From Tagaea sp. (lineage in GTDB: Bacteria; Pseudomonadota; Alphaproteobacteria; CACIAM-22H2): a stretch of DNA of 64,000 nucleotides. A program made the position numbers and the translations under genes. The number at the start of each line of letters is the position of its first letter. The first letter of the stretch is position 1. Positions 9,586-18,039 of the stretch are shown here, one piece after another. The notes below the pieces were generated by a model, which worked only from the letters and a program-made list of their open reading frames with translations, made no database searches and was not told where the DNA came from. The stretch lies in assembly GCA_965228135.1 (NCBI GenBank), contig OZ245798.1, positions 247,656 to 311,655 of the forward strand, in the 5' to 3' direction.

Positions 9586-11142
9586 ATGACGAAAGTTGAC
9601 CTGACGATCGGGGTGGATGTCGGCTCGACGAGCGCGCGGGCCGTCGTCTATTCGCGCGACGGAAAGGCGCTGGGCGGCGCGCAAACCGCCTTCGCCATCC
9701 GCCGCCCGGCACCGGATTTCGCGGAACACGATTCCGGCGAGATCTGGCGCGCGGTCGTGACATCGGTCAAAGCGGCGATGGCGGCGTCGGGGGCCAAACC
9801 CGGCGCCGTCGCCGCCATTGGCTTCGACGCGACATGCTCGCTCGCCATGTTCGACGCGGCGGGCGCGCCCGTGGGCGTGTCCGACGACGAAGATCGTTGG
9901 AACGTGATCATGTGGGCCGATCACCGCGCGATCGGTGAAGCGACGGAAATCACCGCCAAGCAGCATCGCGTGCTCGACTATGTCGGCGGCGTGATGTCGC
10001 CGGAGATGGAGACGCCGAAGCTCCTCTGGCTCAAGCGGAACTTGCCGGCGAAATGGCGGCGCTACGGCTTGGCGCTCGATCTCGCCGATTTCCTTGTCTG
10101 GCGCGCGACGGGCGAAGTGACCGGATCGGCCTGCACGCTGACCTGCAAATGGACCTATCTCAACCACGAGAACCCGGGCTGGCAGGCGGATTTCCTCGCC
10201 GCGATCGGCCTCGACGGCGCATGGGCGAAACTGCGCATCCCGGCGAAAGCAGCGCAGCTCGGCGATCGGGCGGGGCGTCTGTCGGCCGAAGCCGCCGCCG
10301 AGCTTGGCCTTGAACCCGGTATCGCCGTCGCGGTCGGCTTGATCGACGCGCATGCGGGCGGGCTGGGGCTATTGGCCGGAACGGCATCGGCGGAATTCGA
10401 TCGCGCGATCGCGCTGATCGCGGGCACGTCGAGCTGCCATATGGCGCTGTCGCCAAGCCCCCGCGCCATTCACGGCGTGTGGGGCCCGTATTTCGGCGCG
10501 ATGATGCCGGGGCTGTGGCTCAACGAAGGCGGGCAATCGGCGACCGGCGCGTTGCTCGACCATATTCTCGATTGGCATGCGGAAGGGCGCAAGCTCGGCT
10601 CCGATCGCCATGCGATCCTGGCGAAGCACATCGCGGCGCGGGCGCCGGATTACGCGGCCGATATGCTGGTCATACCGGATTTTCGCGGCAATCGCTCGCC
10701 GCTCGCGCGGCCCGAGTTGAAGGGGGCGATCTTCGGCCTCGAACTCGATTCATCGTTCGAAAGCTTGGCGCGGCTCTATCACGCGACGGCCGTGGGCATC
10801 GCCTATGGCACGCGCCATATCGTCGACGCGATGAACGCCAAGGGCTATGCGATCGATCGCTTGCATCTGACCGGCGGCCATTCGAAAGCGGATTACCTCA
10901 CCAAGCTTTACGCCGACGCGACCGGCTGCGACGTGATCCTGGCGGGCGAGCCCGATGCGGTGACGCTGGGCTCGGCCATCGCGGCGGCGTCGGCCGCGAA
11001 GCTCTATCCCGATCTTGCGGCGGCCGGGGCGGCGATGTGCCGGGAAGGGGCGCGCGTGCGGCCCGACGCGAAAGCCCGCACCATTCACGACAAGGGCTAT
11101 CGCCGCTTCCGCGCGGCGTTGGACGCGCGCGACAGGATCTAA
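9586..11142 (+). CDS. FGGY-family pentulose (ribulo)kinase
   Basis: GVDVGSTSARA, IGFDATCSL, IMWADHRA, MSPEMETPKLLW, NEGGQSATG, GNRSP motifs. Confidence 0.88.
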   Translation: MTKVDLTIGVDVGSTSARAVVYSRDGKALGGAQTAFAIRRPAPDFAEHDSGEIWRAVVTSVKAAMAASGAKPGAVAAIGFDATCSLAMFDAAGAPVGVSDDEDRWNVIMWADHRAIGEATEITAKQHRVLDYVGGVMSPEMETPKLLWLKRNLPAKWRRYGLALDLADFLVWRATGEVTGSACTLTCKWTYLNHENPGWQADFLAAIGLDGAWAKLRIPAKAAQLGDRAGRLSAEAAAELGLEPGIAVAVGLIDAHAGGLGLLAGTASAEFDRAIALIAGTSSCHMALSPSPRAIHGVWGPYFGAMMPGLWLNEGGQSATGALLDHILDWHAEGRKLGSDRHAILAKHIAARAPDYAADMLVIPDFRGNRSPLARPELKGAIFGLELDSSFESLARLYHATAVGIAYGTRHIVDAMNAKGYAIDRLHLTGGHSKADYLTKLYADATGCDVILAGEPDAVTLGSAIAAASAAKLYPDLAAAGAAMCREGARVRPDAKARTIHDKGYRRFRAALDARDRI

Positions 11143-11858
11143 GCGCGGGTCTTGGCCGTTTTCGGCGACAGCGCGGCCGTCAGATCGACGCGCTGGGGCG
11201 CTTCCTCGACGAAATGATGCGCGTGCATGTTGGTCTGCAGATGCGCCTTCATCAGCGCGATGCATTCCTTGGCCTTGCCGGCCGCAAGCAGATCGACCAT
11301 GCGCGTATGCTCGTCCACGACGCAGGCATGGCCGTCGGGCAGATACAGCGTGGTGATGATCGCCGCGCGCGCGACCAAGCCTTCCAGCAATTCCGCCAGC
11401 ATGCGGTTGCCGCCCAGCCGCGCGATCTGCAAATGGAAATCGCCCGAGAGATGGACGAATTCGCGCTTGTCGCGACGCTTGCGCGCGGCGGCCTGTAATT
11501 CGATATGCGCGCGCAGGGCGCGGATATCGTTGGCGGTGCAGTTCTTGGCGACGTCCTCGATGATCGCGGCTTCGATGACCCGGCGCGCGGCGTAAATATC
11601 GTCGGCGTCCTTCACCGTCGGCCGCGCCACGAAGGCGCCGCGCTGGGGCAGGATTTCGGCGATGCCGCGGAAGGAAAGCTCCTTCAGCGCGTCGCGCACG
11701 ATGGTGCGGCTGACTTCGAAGATGCGCGCCAGCTCGTCTTCGCCCAGCTTCGCGCCGGGCGGCAAGCGCCCGTCGCAGATCGCGTCCCACACCGCGGCGA
11801 CGATCGCTTCGCGGCGGTTTTCGCCGCTTCCGACACCCGGCATGTTGACGACGGCCAT
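11139..11858 (-). CDS. GntR family (FCD-type) transcriptional regulator
   Basis: wHTH LPPGAKLGEDELARIFEVSRTIVRDAL, FCD domain with FHLQIA...GN...EH. Start position uncertain. Confidence 0.9.
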   Translation of the reverse strand: MAVVNMPGVGSGENRREAIVAAVWDAICDGRLPPGAKLGEDELARIFEVSRTIVRDALKELSFRGIAEILPQRGAFVARPTVKDADDIYAARRVIEAAIIEDVAKNCTANDIRALRAHIELQAAARKRRDKREFVHLSGDFHLQIARLGGNRMLAELLEGLVARAAIITTLYLPDGHACVVDEHTRMVDLLAAGKAKECIALMKAHLQTNMHAHHFVEEAPQRVDLTAALSPKTAKTRA

Positions 11859-11946
11859 AGCGACTCTAAAGCTCCCCGAATTCGATACGCGTTATTGCCC
11901 CCGGGGGCTGGGCCCGTCAAGGCGCAGCAATGCCGCAGGCCGTCGT

Positions 11947-11974
11947 TGCACACAAATATTGCAATATGTATACA
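11947..11974. promoter_or_regulatory. Overlapping NtrC-like box and GntR-like palindromes
   Basis: TGCAC-N7-TTGCA (11947-11963; one mismatch to TGCAC-N7-GTGCA), ATATTGCAATAT (11956-11967) and TGTATACA (11967-11974). Confidence 0.55.
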
Positions 11975-12021
11975 AACGAGGCCTTTGCACGCCGCCTTGC
12001 GTGCCGGGAAGGGATTTTCCT

Positions 12022-12037
12022 TGGCATGGAACCTGCT
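12022..12037 (+). promoter_or_regulatory. Putative sigma54 (-24/-12) promoter
   Basis: TGGCATGGAACCTGCT, with GG (12023-24) and GC (12035-36) at canonical spacing, just upstream of the AtzD-family gene. Confidence 0.55.
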
Positions 12038-12049
12038 GATCGGACCGCC

Positions 12050-13102
12050 ATGAGTGCTTGCCACGTCTACCGTTTTCCGATGCGCGACCCCGACGATATG
12101 TCCGGTCTTGCCGGTTTGTTGGCCCAAGGGAAGATTGCCGCTTCCGACATCAAGGCGGTGTTCTGCAAGACCGAGGGCAACGGCCTCAACAACGACTGGA
12201 CACGGCTTTTCGTCGATCGCGCCGTGCGCATGACGATCGCGGCGGGGGGCGAGGCGGAAGCGGAGGCGTTGCGCCGTGCGATACTGGTCCTGATCTCGGG
12301 CGGCAGCGAGGGCGTCGTCTCGCCGCATATGCTGGTCTTCGCGGCGGCACCGCCCACGGGAACCGAACCGGGCTTGGCGCTGGGTATGGATATACGCGAT
12401 CTCGCCCCCGGCGATCTGGCGCGCAAATCACATGCGTCGATAACGGCCGACATGGTCCGCGCCGCGATGAAGGCGGCGGGTGCCGAGGATCCGTCGCAAG
12501 TCGGCTTCGTGATCGTGCGCGCGCCGTCCGATCCGACCAAGGGTGCCACGTCGCCGCGCGTGCGGGCCGCCGTGTCGCTGGGCGTGGCGCAAGCGCTGGG
12601 CGAGGTCGCCGGCGAAATCGACGAAGCCGCGTTCCTCAAGGATTTCTCGAAATTTTGCGGCCGCGTTTTCGTCGTCGCACGCGACGATACGACGACCCAG
12701 CAGGTGATCGTACTGGCGAACGCACCCGGCGGCACGAAGGGTTTGCGCGTCGCCGCGGGCACGCTGCGCGATCCGCTGGATTCGCCCGGTGTGGCCGCCG
12801 TTCTTGCCAAGCTTGGCATCGACGCGATGCCGCAGGCGTCGCCGGAAGCGAGCGCGCGGATCGTCGCCTCGCTGTCCAAGGGCGACCCGCCGGGCGACGG
12901 AAAAATCCGGGGCGCGCGCCACACGATGAACGGCGACGGCGATATCCATTCGCATCGCCACGGCCGTTCGGCCTATGGCGCGATGATCGCCTCGGTGATC
13001 GGCCATTCCTATTGCTTCGTCTCGGGCGGGGCGGAACATCACGGCCCCGACAATGGCGGCTTGATCGCGTTGATCGCGCGCGACGAAGGATTCTCGGTAT
13101 GA
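12050..13102 (+). CDS. Ring-opening amidohydrolase, cyanuric acid hydrolase/barbiturase (AtzD, Toblerone-fold) family, divergent
   Basis: KTEGNGLNNDWTR, SGGSEGVVSPH, RHTMNGDGDIHSHRHGR and C-terminal VSGGAEHHGPDNGG closely parallel AtzD motifs. Start could alternatively be 12026. Confidence 0.88.
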   Translation: MSACHVYRFPMRDPDDMSGLAGLLAQGKIAASDIKAVFCKTEGNGLNNDWTRLFVDRAVRMTIAAGGEAEAEALRRAILVLISGGSEGVVSPHMLVFAAAPPTGTEPGLALGMDIRDLAPGDLARKSHASITADMVRAAMKAAGAEDPSQVGFVIVRAPSDPTKGATSPRVRAAVSLGVAQALGEVAGEIDEAAFLKDFSKFCGRVFVVARDDTTTQQVIVLANAPGGTKGLRVAAGTLRDPLDSPGVAAVLAKLGIDAMPQASPEASARIVASLSKGDPPGDGKIRGARHTMNGDGDIHSHRHGRSAYGAMIASVIGHSYCFVSGGAEHHGPDNGGLIALIARDEGFSV

Positions 13103-14466
13103 CGACGACATTCCCCGAGGTGTGCGACCTCATCGTCGCGGGCGCCGTCATCGTGACCGGCGAGGACAAGGCGATCGGCGACGGCGCGGTCGCGGTGACG
13201 GGTACGCGCATCGTCGCGGTCGGCGAGACGAAGGCGATCGATGCCGCCTATACGGCGGCGCGCCGGATCGATGCGAGGGGCAAAATCCTGATGCCCGGCC
13301 TCGTCAATGTACACAATCATACGCCGCTGACGATCGTGCGCGGCATGGTCGAAGATCTCGGCTTCGCGCCCGCTTACACGCCGGGCATTCCGCAAGGCCA
13401 TTGGCTGTCGGACGAGGAAACCTATCTGTTCGCGCGGCTGGGGGCGTGGGAATTGCTGCGCATGGGCACGACCACGGCCGTCGATTACTACCGCAAACCC
13501 CAAGCCTGTGCGGCGGCGCTGGCGGAGACGGGCTTGCGCGGCTTCGTCGGCGGGCGCATTCACGACGCGGACACCGCCGCTTTGGCCGAAGGCGCTTGGA
13601 AGCATGACCGCAAGCTGGGCGAGGCCACGCTCGCCGAAAGCCAGGACATGATCGCCGCCTGGGACGGCAAGGCGGACGGCCGCATTCGCTGCTTCCATGC
13701 GCCGCATGCGCCCGATACGTGTTCGCGCGATCTGCTGCGCATCGTCGCCGATCTCGCCGCGAAGGACGGGCGCCAGGTGCATACGCATCTGGCGCAGTCA
13801 CCGATGGAGGTCGAGCGCGTCACCGCGCGCGAAGGCAAGGGGCCCGCGCAGTTGTTCGACGAAGTCGGTTTGCTGAACGGCGATCTGGTCGCCGCGCATT
13901 GCATCTTCCTGACGGACGACGATATCGCAATGGTCGGCAAAGCCGGCATTCGCGTGGCGCATGCGCCCGTGGGCAATGTGTCGGCGGGCATGATCGCGCC
14001 GATCGTAGCGCTCGAAAATGCCGGGGCAACGATCGCCATCTGCACCGACACCAAAACCGGCGACATGTTCGAATCGATGCGCACCGCCTTGGCCGTCGCG
14101 CGGGTGCGTGGGGCGGGTTACGCCTGCGATGCGCGCACGGTGTTCGGCTGGGCGACGCAAGGCGGGGCGAAGGCGCTGGCGATGGACGGCGAGATCGGCG
14201 TCTTGAAACCCGGCGCCAAAGCCGATTTCATTCTGCTGGATGCGGCCGCGCCGAATCTCCGCCCGATCGTCGACGGAATCGGTATCGTCGTGCATAGCGG
14301 CATCGGGCCGAACGTGTCGATATCGGTGATCGACGGCAAAGTGGTTATGGAAAACGGCAGACCGACTTTGCTCGACGCCGACGACGTGATCGCGGCGGCA
14401 CAGAAAGCCGCCGATCGTTTATGGGCGCGCGCGGGCCGGCCCGGCGTGATGATGGAGGCGGTTTGA
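13099..14466 (+). CDS. Metal-dependent amidohydrolase (MTA/SAH deaminase, AtzA/TrzN-like superfamily)
   Basis: MPGLVNVHNHT (HxH), HTHLAQS, AAHCI, CTDT. ATGA overlap with the upstream gene. Confidence 0.88.
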   Translation: MTTTFPEVCDLIVAGAVIVTGEDKAIGDGAVAVTGTRIVAVGETKAIDAAYTAARRIDARGKILMPGLVNVHNHTPLTIVRGMVEDLGFAPAYTPGIPQGHWLSDEETYLFARLGAWELLRMGTTTAVDYYRKPQACAAALAETGLRGFVGGRIHDADTAALAEGAWKHDRKLGEATLAESQDMIAAWDGKADGRIRCFHAPHAPDTCSRDLLRIVADLAAKDGRQVHTHLAQSPMEVERVTAREGKGPAQLFDEVGLLNGDLVAAHCIFLTDDDIAMVGKAGIRVAHAPVGNVSAGMIAPIVALENAGATIAICTDTKTGDMFESMRTALAVARVRGAGYACDARTVFGWATQGGAKALAMDGEIGVLKPGAKADFILLDAAAPNLRPIVDGIGIVVHSGIGPNVSISVIDGKVVMENGRPTLLDADDVIAAAQKAADRLWARAGRPGVMMEAV

Positions 14467-14468
14467 AC

Positions 14469-15362
14469 ATGACTCGCGATCTTCGCGGCTACGGTCCCAA
14501 TCCGCCTTTCGCCGACTGGCCGGGCAAGGCTCGCGTCGCCGTCACCTTCGTCGTGAATTTCGAGGAAGGGGCGGAGCTTTCCATCGCCGACGGCGACGAG
14601 CGCAACGAGAAGGTCTACGAGGTCGCCGACGAAGTGGTCGGCCGGCCCGATCCGTGCCTCGAATCCCATTTCGATTACGGCACGCGCGTCGCCTATTGGC
14701 GCATCGCCGAATTGTTCGATCGCTATGGCGTGAAGTTCACGCTGTCGTCTTGCGGGCGCGCCATCGAACGCTCGCCCGAAATCGCGATCGACGCGGCCAA
14801 GCGCGGTCACGAGATCGCCTGCCATGGCTGGCGCTGGGAAACCCATGCGACCATGCCGATCGAGCGCGAGCGCGAGGCGATCGCCAAGACGATCGCCGTG
14901 ATCGAGCGCACGACCGGTACGCGCCCCGTGGGCTGGCATACGCGCTCCGCGCCGTCGTCCAACACGCGCCAATTGTTGATCGAGGCGGGCGGATTCCTTT
15001 ACGACAGCGACGCCTATGGGGATGATCTGCCGTATTTCTTGGAAGTCGCGGGCAAGCGCCATCTGGTGATGCCTTATGCGTTCGACACGAACGATATGCA
15101 TTTCCATCAAGGTTTTCAGCGTTTCGCGCTCGGCTCGGATTTCTCGACCTACACGATCGACGCCTTCGACTGGCTGCACGACGAAGGTGCGAAGACCCCC
15201 CGCATCCTGCCGATCGGCCTGCATCTGCGCATGGTCGGAAGACCGGGGCGCATGGCGGGGCTGAAGCGCATCCTTGACCACGTCACGCGGCCCGAAGCGA
15301 AAGCCTGGTGCGCGACGCGCGCCGATGTGGCGCGGCATTGGATCGCGAAATTCGGCCGATGA
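14469..15362 (+). CDS. PuuE-like allantoinase / polysaccharide deacetylase (CE4) family hydrolase
   Basis: RDLRGYGPNPP..WPGKARVAVTFVVNFEEG, HEIACHGWRW, YDSDAYGDDLPY, LHLRMVGRPGR. Confidence 0.85.
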   Translation: MTRDLRGYGPNPPFADWPGKARVAVTFVVNFEEGAELSIADGDERNEKVYEVADEVVGRPDPCLESHFDYGTRVAYWRIAELFDRYGVKFTLSSCGRAIERSPEIAIDAAKRGHEIACHGWRWETHATMPIEREREAIAKTIAVIERTTGTRPVGWHTRSAPSSNTRQLLIEAGGFLYDSDAYGDDLPYFLEVAGKRHLVMPYAFDTNDMHFHQGFQRFALGSDFSTYTIDAFDWLHDEGAKTPRILPIGLHLRMVGRPGRMAGLKRILDHVTRPEAKAWCATRADVARHWIAKFGR

Positions 15363-16450
15363 CCGCCGCACTCGCCATCGCGCCGATCGGGCATCTCGAT
15401 ATTCGCGGCGTGTCGAAAGCCTATGGCGAAACTACGGTGCTCGATCGCCTCGACCTTGCCGTAGATCGCGGCGAGTTCGTGTCGCTGCTCGGCCCCTCCG
15501 GCTGCGGCAAGACGACGTTGCTGCGCTTGATCGCCGGATTGCAGAACGCCGATAGCGGTACGATTTCGGTCGATGGGCGCGAGATAACGCCGCTGCCCGC
15601 GCATAAACGGAATATCGGCGTCGTGTTCCAGAACTACGCGCTGTTTCCGCATCTGACGGTCGCGGAGAACGTCGCCTTCGGTCTCGACGCCAAGGGTGTG
15701 TCGAAAGCCGAAAGTGCGGAGATCGTGAAACGCACCCTAGAACTCGTGAAGCTCGCCGAAATGGCGCCGCGCACGATCTTCGCGCTGTCGGGCGGGCAGC
15801 AACAGCGCGTCGCCGTGGCGCGCGCATTGGCGATCCGGCCGAGCCTGCTGCTGCTGGACGAACCGTTCTCGGCGCTCGATCGCAAGCTGCGTGAATCGAT
15901 GCAGATCGATCTGCGCCGCTTGTTGCGCGAACTGGGTATCACCGCCGTGTTCGTGACGCATGATCAGGAAGAGGCGATGGTGATGTCCGATCGCATCGCC
16001 GTGATGAACCGCGGCGCCATCGAACAGCTTGCGCCGCCCAAGGCGATCTATGATCGCCCGGCGACGGCGTTCGCGTTGGAATTCCTCGGCGGTTCCACGC
16101 GGCTTCACGCGACGGTCGCCGCCGTCGATGGCGATTATGTGACGCTGGCGACGCCGCTGGGCCCCGTCATCGGCAAGGGGCATTTCCTGCGCGGTGTGGA
16201 CGTGCTCGCCGGGATTCGGCCGGAGAAGATCGCCGTCAATCGCCAGGCCGCCGCCGGGCGCAACGTCCTGCCCGCGCGCGTGATCGATCGCGTGTTCTTG
16301 GGCTCGAAGCTGATGGTGATATTCGAGGCGGGCGAGGGCGGCCAAGGTGTCGCCGAACTCAACGCCGCCGATATGCCCGATCTGCCGGCGGACGGGATCG
16401 TCGAATTTTCGTGGGCGATCGACGATACGCTGGTGTTTCCGCGCGCGTAA
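15359..16450 (+). CDS. ABC transporter ATP-binding protein (PotA-like)
   Basis: Walker A GPSGCGKT, LSGGQQQRVA, LLLDEP, VTHDQEEA, C-terminal TOBE-like region. Confidence 0.92.
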   Translation: MTAALAIAPIGHLDIRGVSKAYGETTVLDRLDLAVDRGEFVSLLGPSGCGKTTLLRLIAGLQNADSGTISVDGREITPLPAHKRNIGVVFQNYALFPHLTVAENVAFGLDAKGVSKAESAEIVKRTLELVKLAEMAPRTIFALSGGQQQRVAVARALAIRPSLLLLDEPFSALDRKLRESMQIDLRRLLRELGITAVFVTHDQEEAMVMSDRIAVMNRGAIEQLAPPKAIYDRPATAFALEFLGGSTRLHATVAAVDGDYVTLATPLGPVIGKGHFLRGVDVLAGIRPEKIAVNRQAAAGRNVLPARVIDRVFLGSKLMVIFEAGEGGQGVAELNAADMPDLPADGIVEFSWAIDDTLVFPRA

Positions 16451-16452
16451 AA

Positions 16453-16482
16453 GCGGCGGCGCCCCGGCCGGGACGCCGCCGT
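16453..16482. terminator. Putative bidirectional intrinsic terminator
   Basis: GGCGGCG-C-CCC-GGCC-GGG-A-CGCCGCC stem-loop flanked by AAAA (left) and TTCTT (right), between convergent genes. Confidence 0.6.
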
Positions 16483-16489
16483 TCTTGGA

Positions 16490-17128
16490 TTACTTCGCGC
16501 CGGGCTGTTTGACCATGCGCAGATAAGGCTTCAGCGTCTTCCAGCCATCGGGGAAGCGCGCCTTGGCGTCGACATCCGACAACGAGGGGACGATGATCAC
16601 GTCGTCGCCCTGTTTCCAATTCGCGGGCGTGGCCACTTTATGGCTGTCCGTGAGTTGCAGAGAGTCGACGACGCGCAGGATCTCCGCGAAGTTGCGGCCC
16701 GTCGCCGGCGGATAGGTGAGGGTGAGGCGCACTTTCTTATCCGGCGCGATCACGAACACCGAACGCACGGTCACGGTCGGATCCGATTTCGGATGGATCA
16801 TGCCGTAGAGCGTCGAGACCTTGCGGTCCGCATCGGCGATCAGCGGGAAGTTCAAGGCTTGGCCTTGCGTTTCCTTGATGTCCTCTGCCCATTTGCCATG
16901 GCTGTCCGGCGGATCGACCGACAGGCCGAGGATCTTGACGTTGCGCTTGTCGAATTCGGGCTTGAGGCGCGCGGCCTCGCCCAACTCGGTCGTGCAGACG
17001 GGCGTGAAATCCTTGGGGTGCGAAAACAGGATGCCCCAGCTCGATCCGAGATATTCGTGGAACTTGATCTTGCCTTGGGTGCTGTCCTGCTCGAAATCGG
17101 GGGCGATATCGCCGAGTTGAAGAGTCAT
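16490..17128 (-). CDS. 1-Cys peroxiredoxin (Prx6/LsfA-like)
   Basis: LQLGDIAPDF, FSHPKDFTPVCTTE, YPPATGRNFAEILRVVDSLQ, ATPANWKQGDDV. Confidence 0.95.
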   Translation of the reverse strand: MTLQLGDIAPDFEQDSTQGKIKFHEYLGSSWGILFSHPKDFTPVCTTELGEAARLKPEFDKRNVKILGLSVDPPDSHGKWAEDIKETQGQALNFPLIADADRKVSTLYGMIHPKSDPTVTVRSVFVIAPDKKVRLTLTYPPATGRNFAEILRVVDSLQLTDSHKVATPANWKQGDDVIIVPSLSDVDAKARFPDGWKTLKPYLRMVKQPGAK

Positions 17129-17267
17129 TTCGGTATTCTCCCGTACTGGACCGGCGTCCTTGTCGGGCGCTGCGGTCGTGGAGGGCAAGTATGTCCCGTT
17201 CGCGCGACCTGCGCACCAGCGAAACTTTCTTGATACCGCCGGTACTTTTTCGATAACCCTGCCGCGA

Positions 17268-18005
17268 TCAGGGAATCTCGAACAAGCGCCCCCAGCCTTG
17301 CACGCGCGATGGCTTCTCGCCGATCAGGCGCAATCCGGTCCAAACGGCGGTCGCGACCGTATCGAAAATCGGAATGCCGAGTTCGCGTTCGAGTTCGGCC
17401 GCGACCTTGCCGCCGCGCATATTGGTGCACAGGATGACGATCGCATCGGGCTTGGCGGCGGCGACGTCGCGGATCATGCGCGCGATCGTCGCTTCGTCGA
17501 TCTCGGCGAAGGCGTAGTTCACGCTTTCGCCCAGATGACGTTCGGCGGCGCAGGTTAGGCCTTCGCGCTCGAAATTCGCGACGATCCGGTCTTGTACGTC
17601 GTCGAGATAGGGCGAGACGAGTCCGTAGCGCTTAACGGCAAAGGTGCGGAACAATTCCATCAGCGCCAGGACCGAGGTGCCGGCTTTCGTGCCGGTGCGT
17701 TCTTCGATCCGCCGGCAAAGCTGGCGATCGGCTTCGAGACCCAGCCAGCTCGACGACGTCCCGTTCCACACGATGGCACCGGCGCGCGCATCGGCCAGCA
17801 ATTCGGCGGCGGCCAATATCGGCGCGTCGTCGAATTGCGCCAGCGCCTTTTCACCCAGCGAGATTTCCGTCACGCGGAAGCGGCCGAAATGGGCGGTCAC
17901 GTCGGGCAGGCCCGCCAGCATCGCGGCGGTGACGGGCTCGAGCACCGTGTTGGAGGACGGCGTGAGCATGCCGATATGCTTGTGCGGCGGCGGAACGGGG
18001 GGCAT
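17268..18005 (-). CDS. Asp/Glu racemase / maleate isomerase / arylmalonate decarboxylase-fold protein (single Cys)
   Basis: GMLTPSSNTVLEP, IVWNGTSSSW, VSPY, ILCTNM. Confidence 0.85.
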   Translation of the reverse strand: MPPVPPPHKHIGMLTPSSNTVLEPVTAAMLAGLPDVTAHFGRFRVTEISLGEKALAQFDDAPILAAAELLADARAGAIVWNGTSSSWLGLEADRQLCRRIEERTGTKAGTSVLALMELFRTFAVKRYGLVSPYLDDVQDRIVANFEREGLTCAAERHLGESVNYAFAEIDEATIARMIRDVAAAKPDAIVILCTNMRGGKVAAELERELGIPIFDTVATAVWTGLRLIGEKPSRVQGWGRLFEIP

Positions 18006-18039
18006 GGAATCGTCGTTCTATGTTAAAAGAGCGGCGACC

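Noticed and set aside
12050-13102. Assigning the symbol atzD or bar
   Set aside because: Repeat-B catalytic residues differ and the downstream biuret/ureidomalonate genes are absent. Only family-level assignment is supported.
18006-18039. sigma54 or sigma70 promoter in the short divergent gap
   Set aside because: GGCATGGAATCGTC lacks the -12 GC, and the candidate -10 hexamers have no matching -35.
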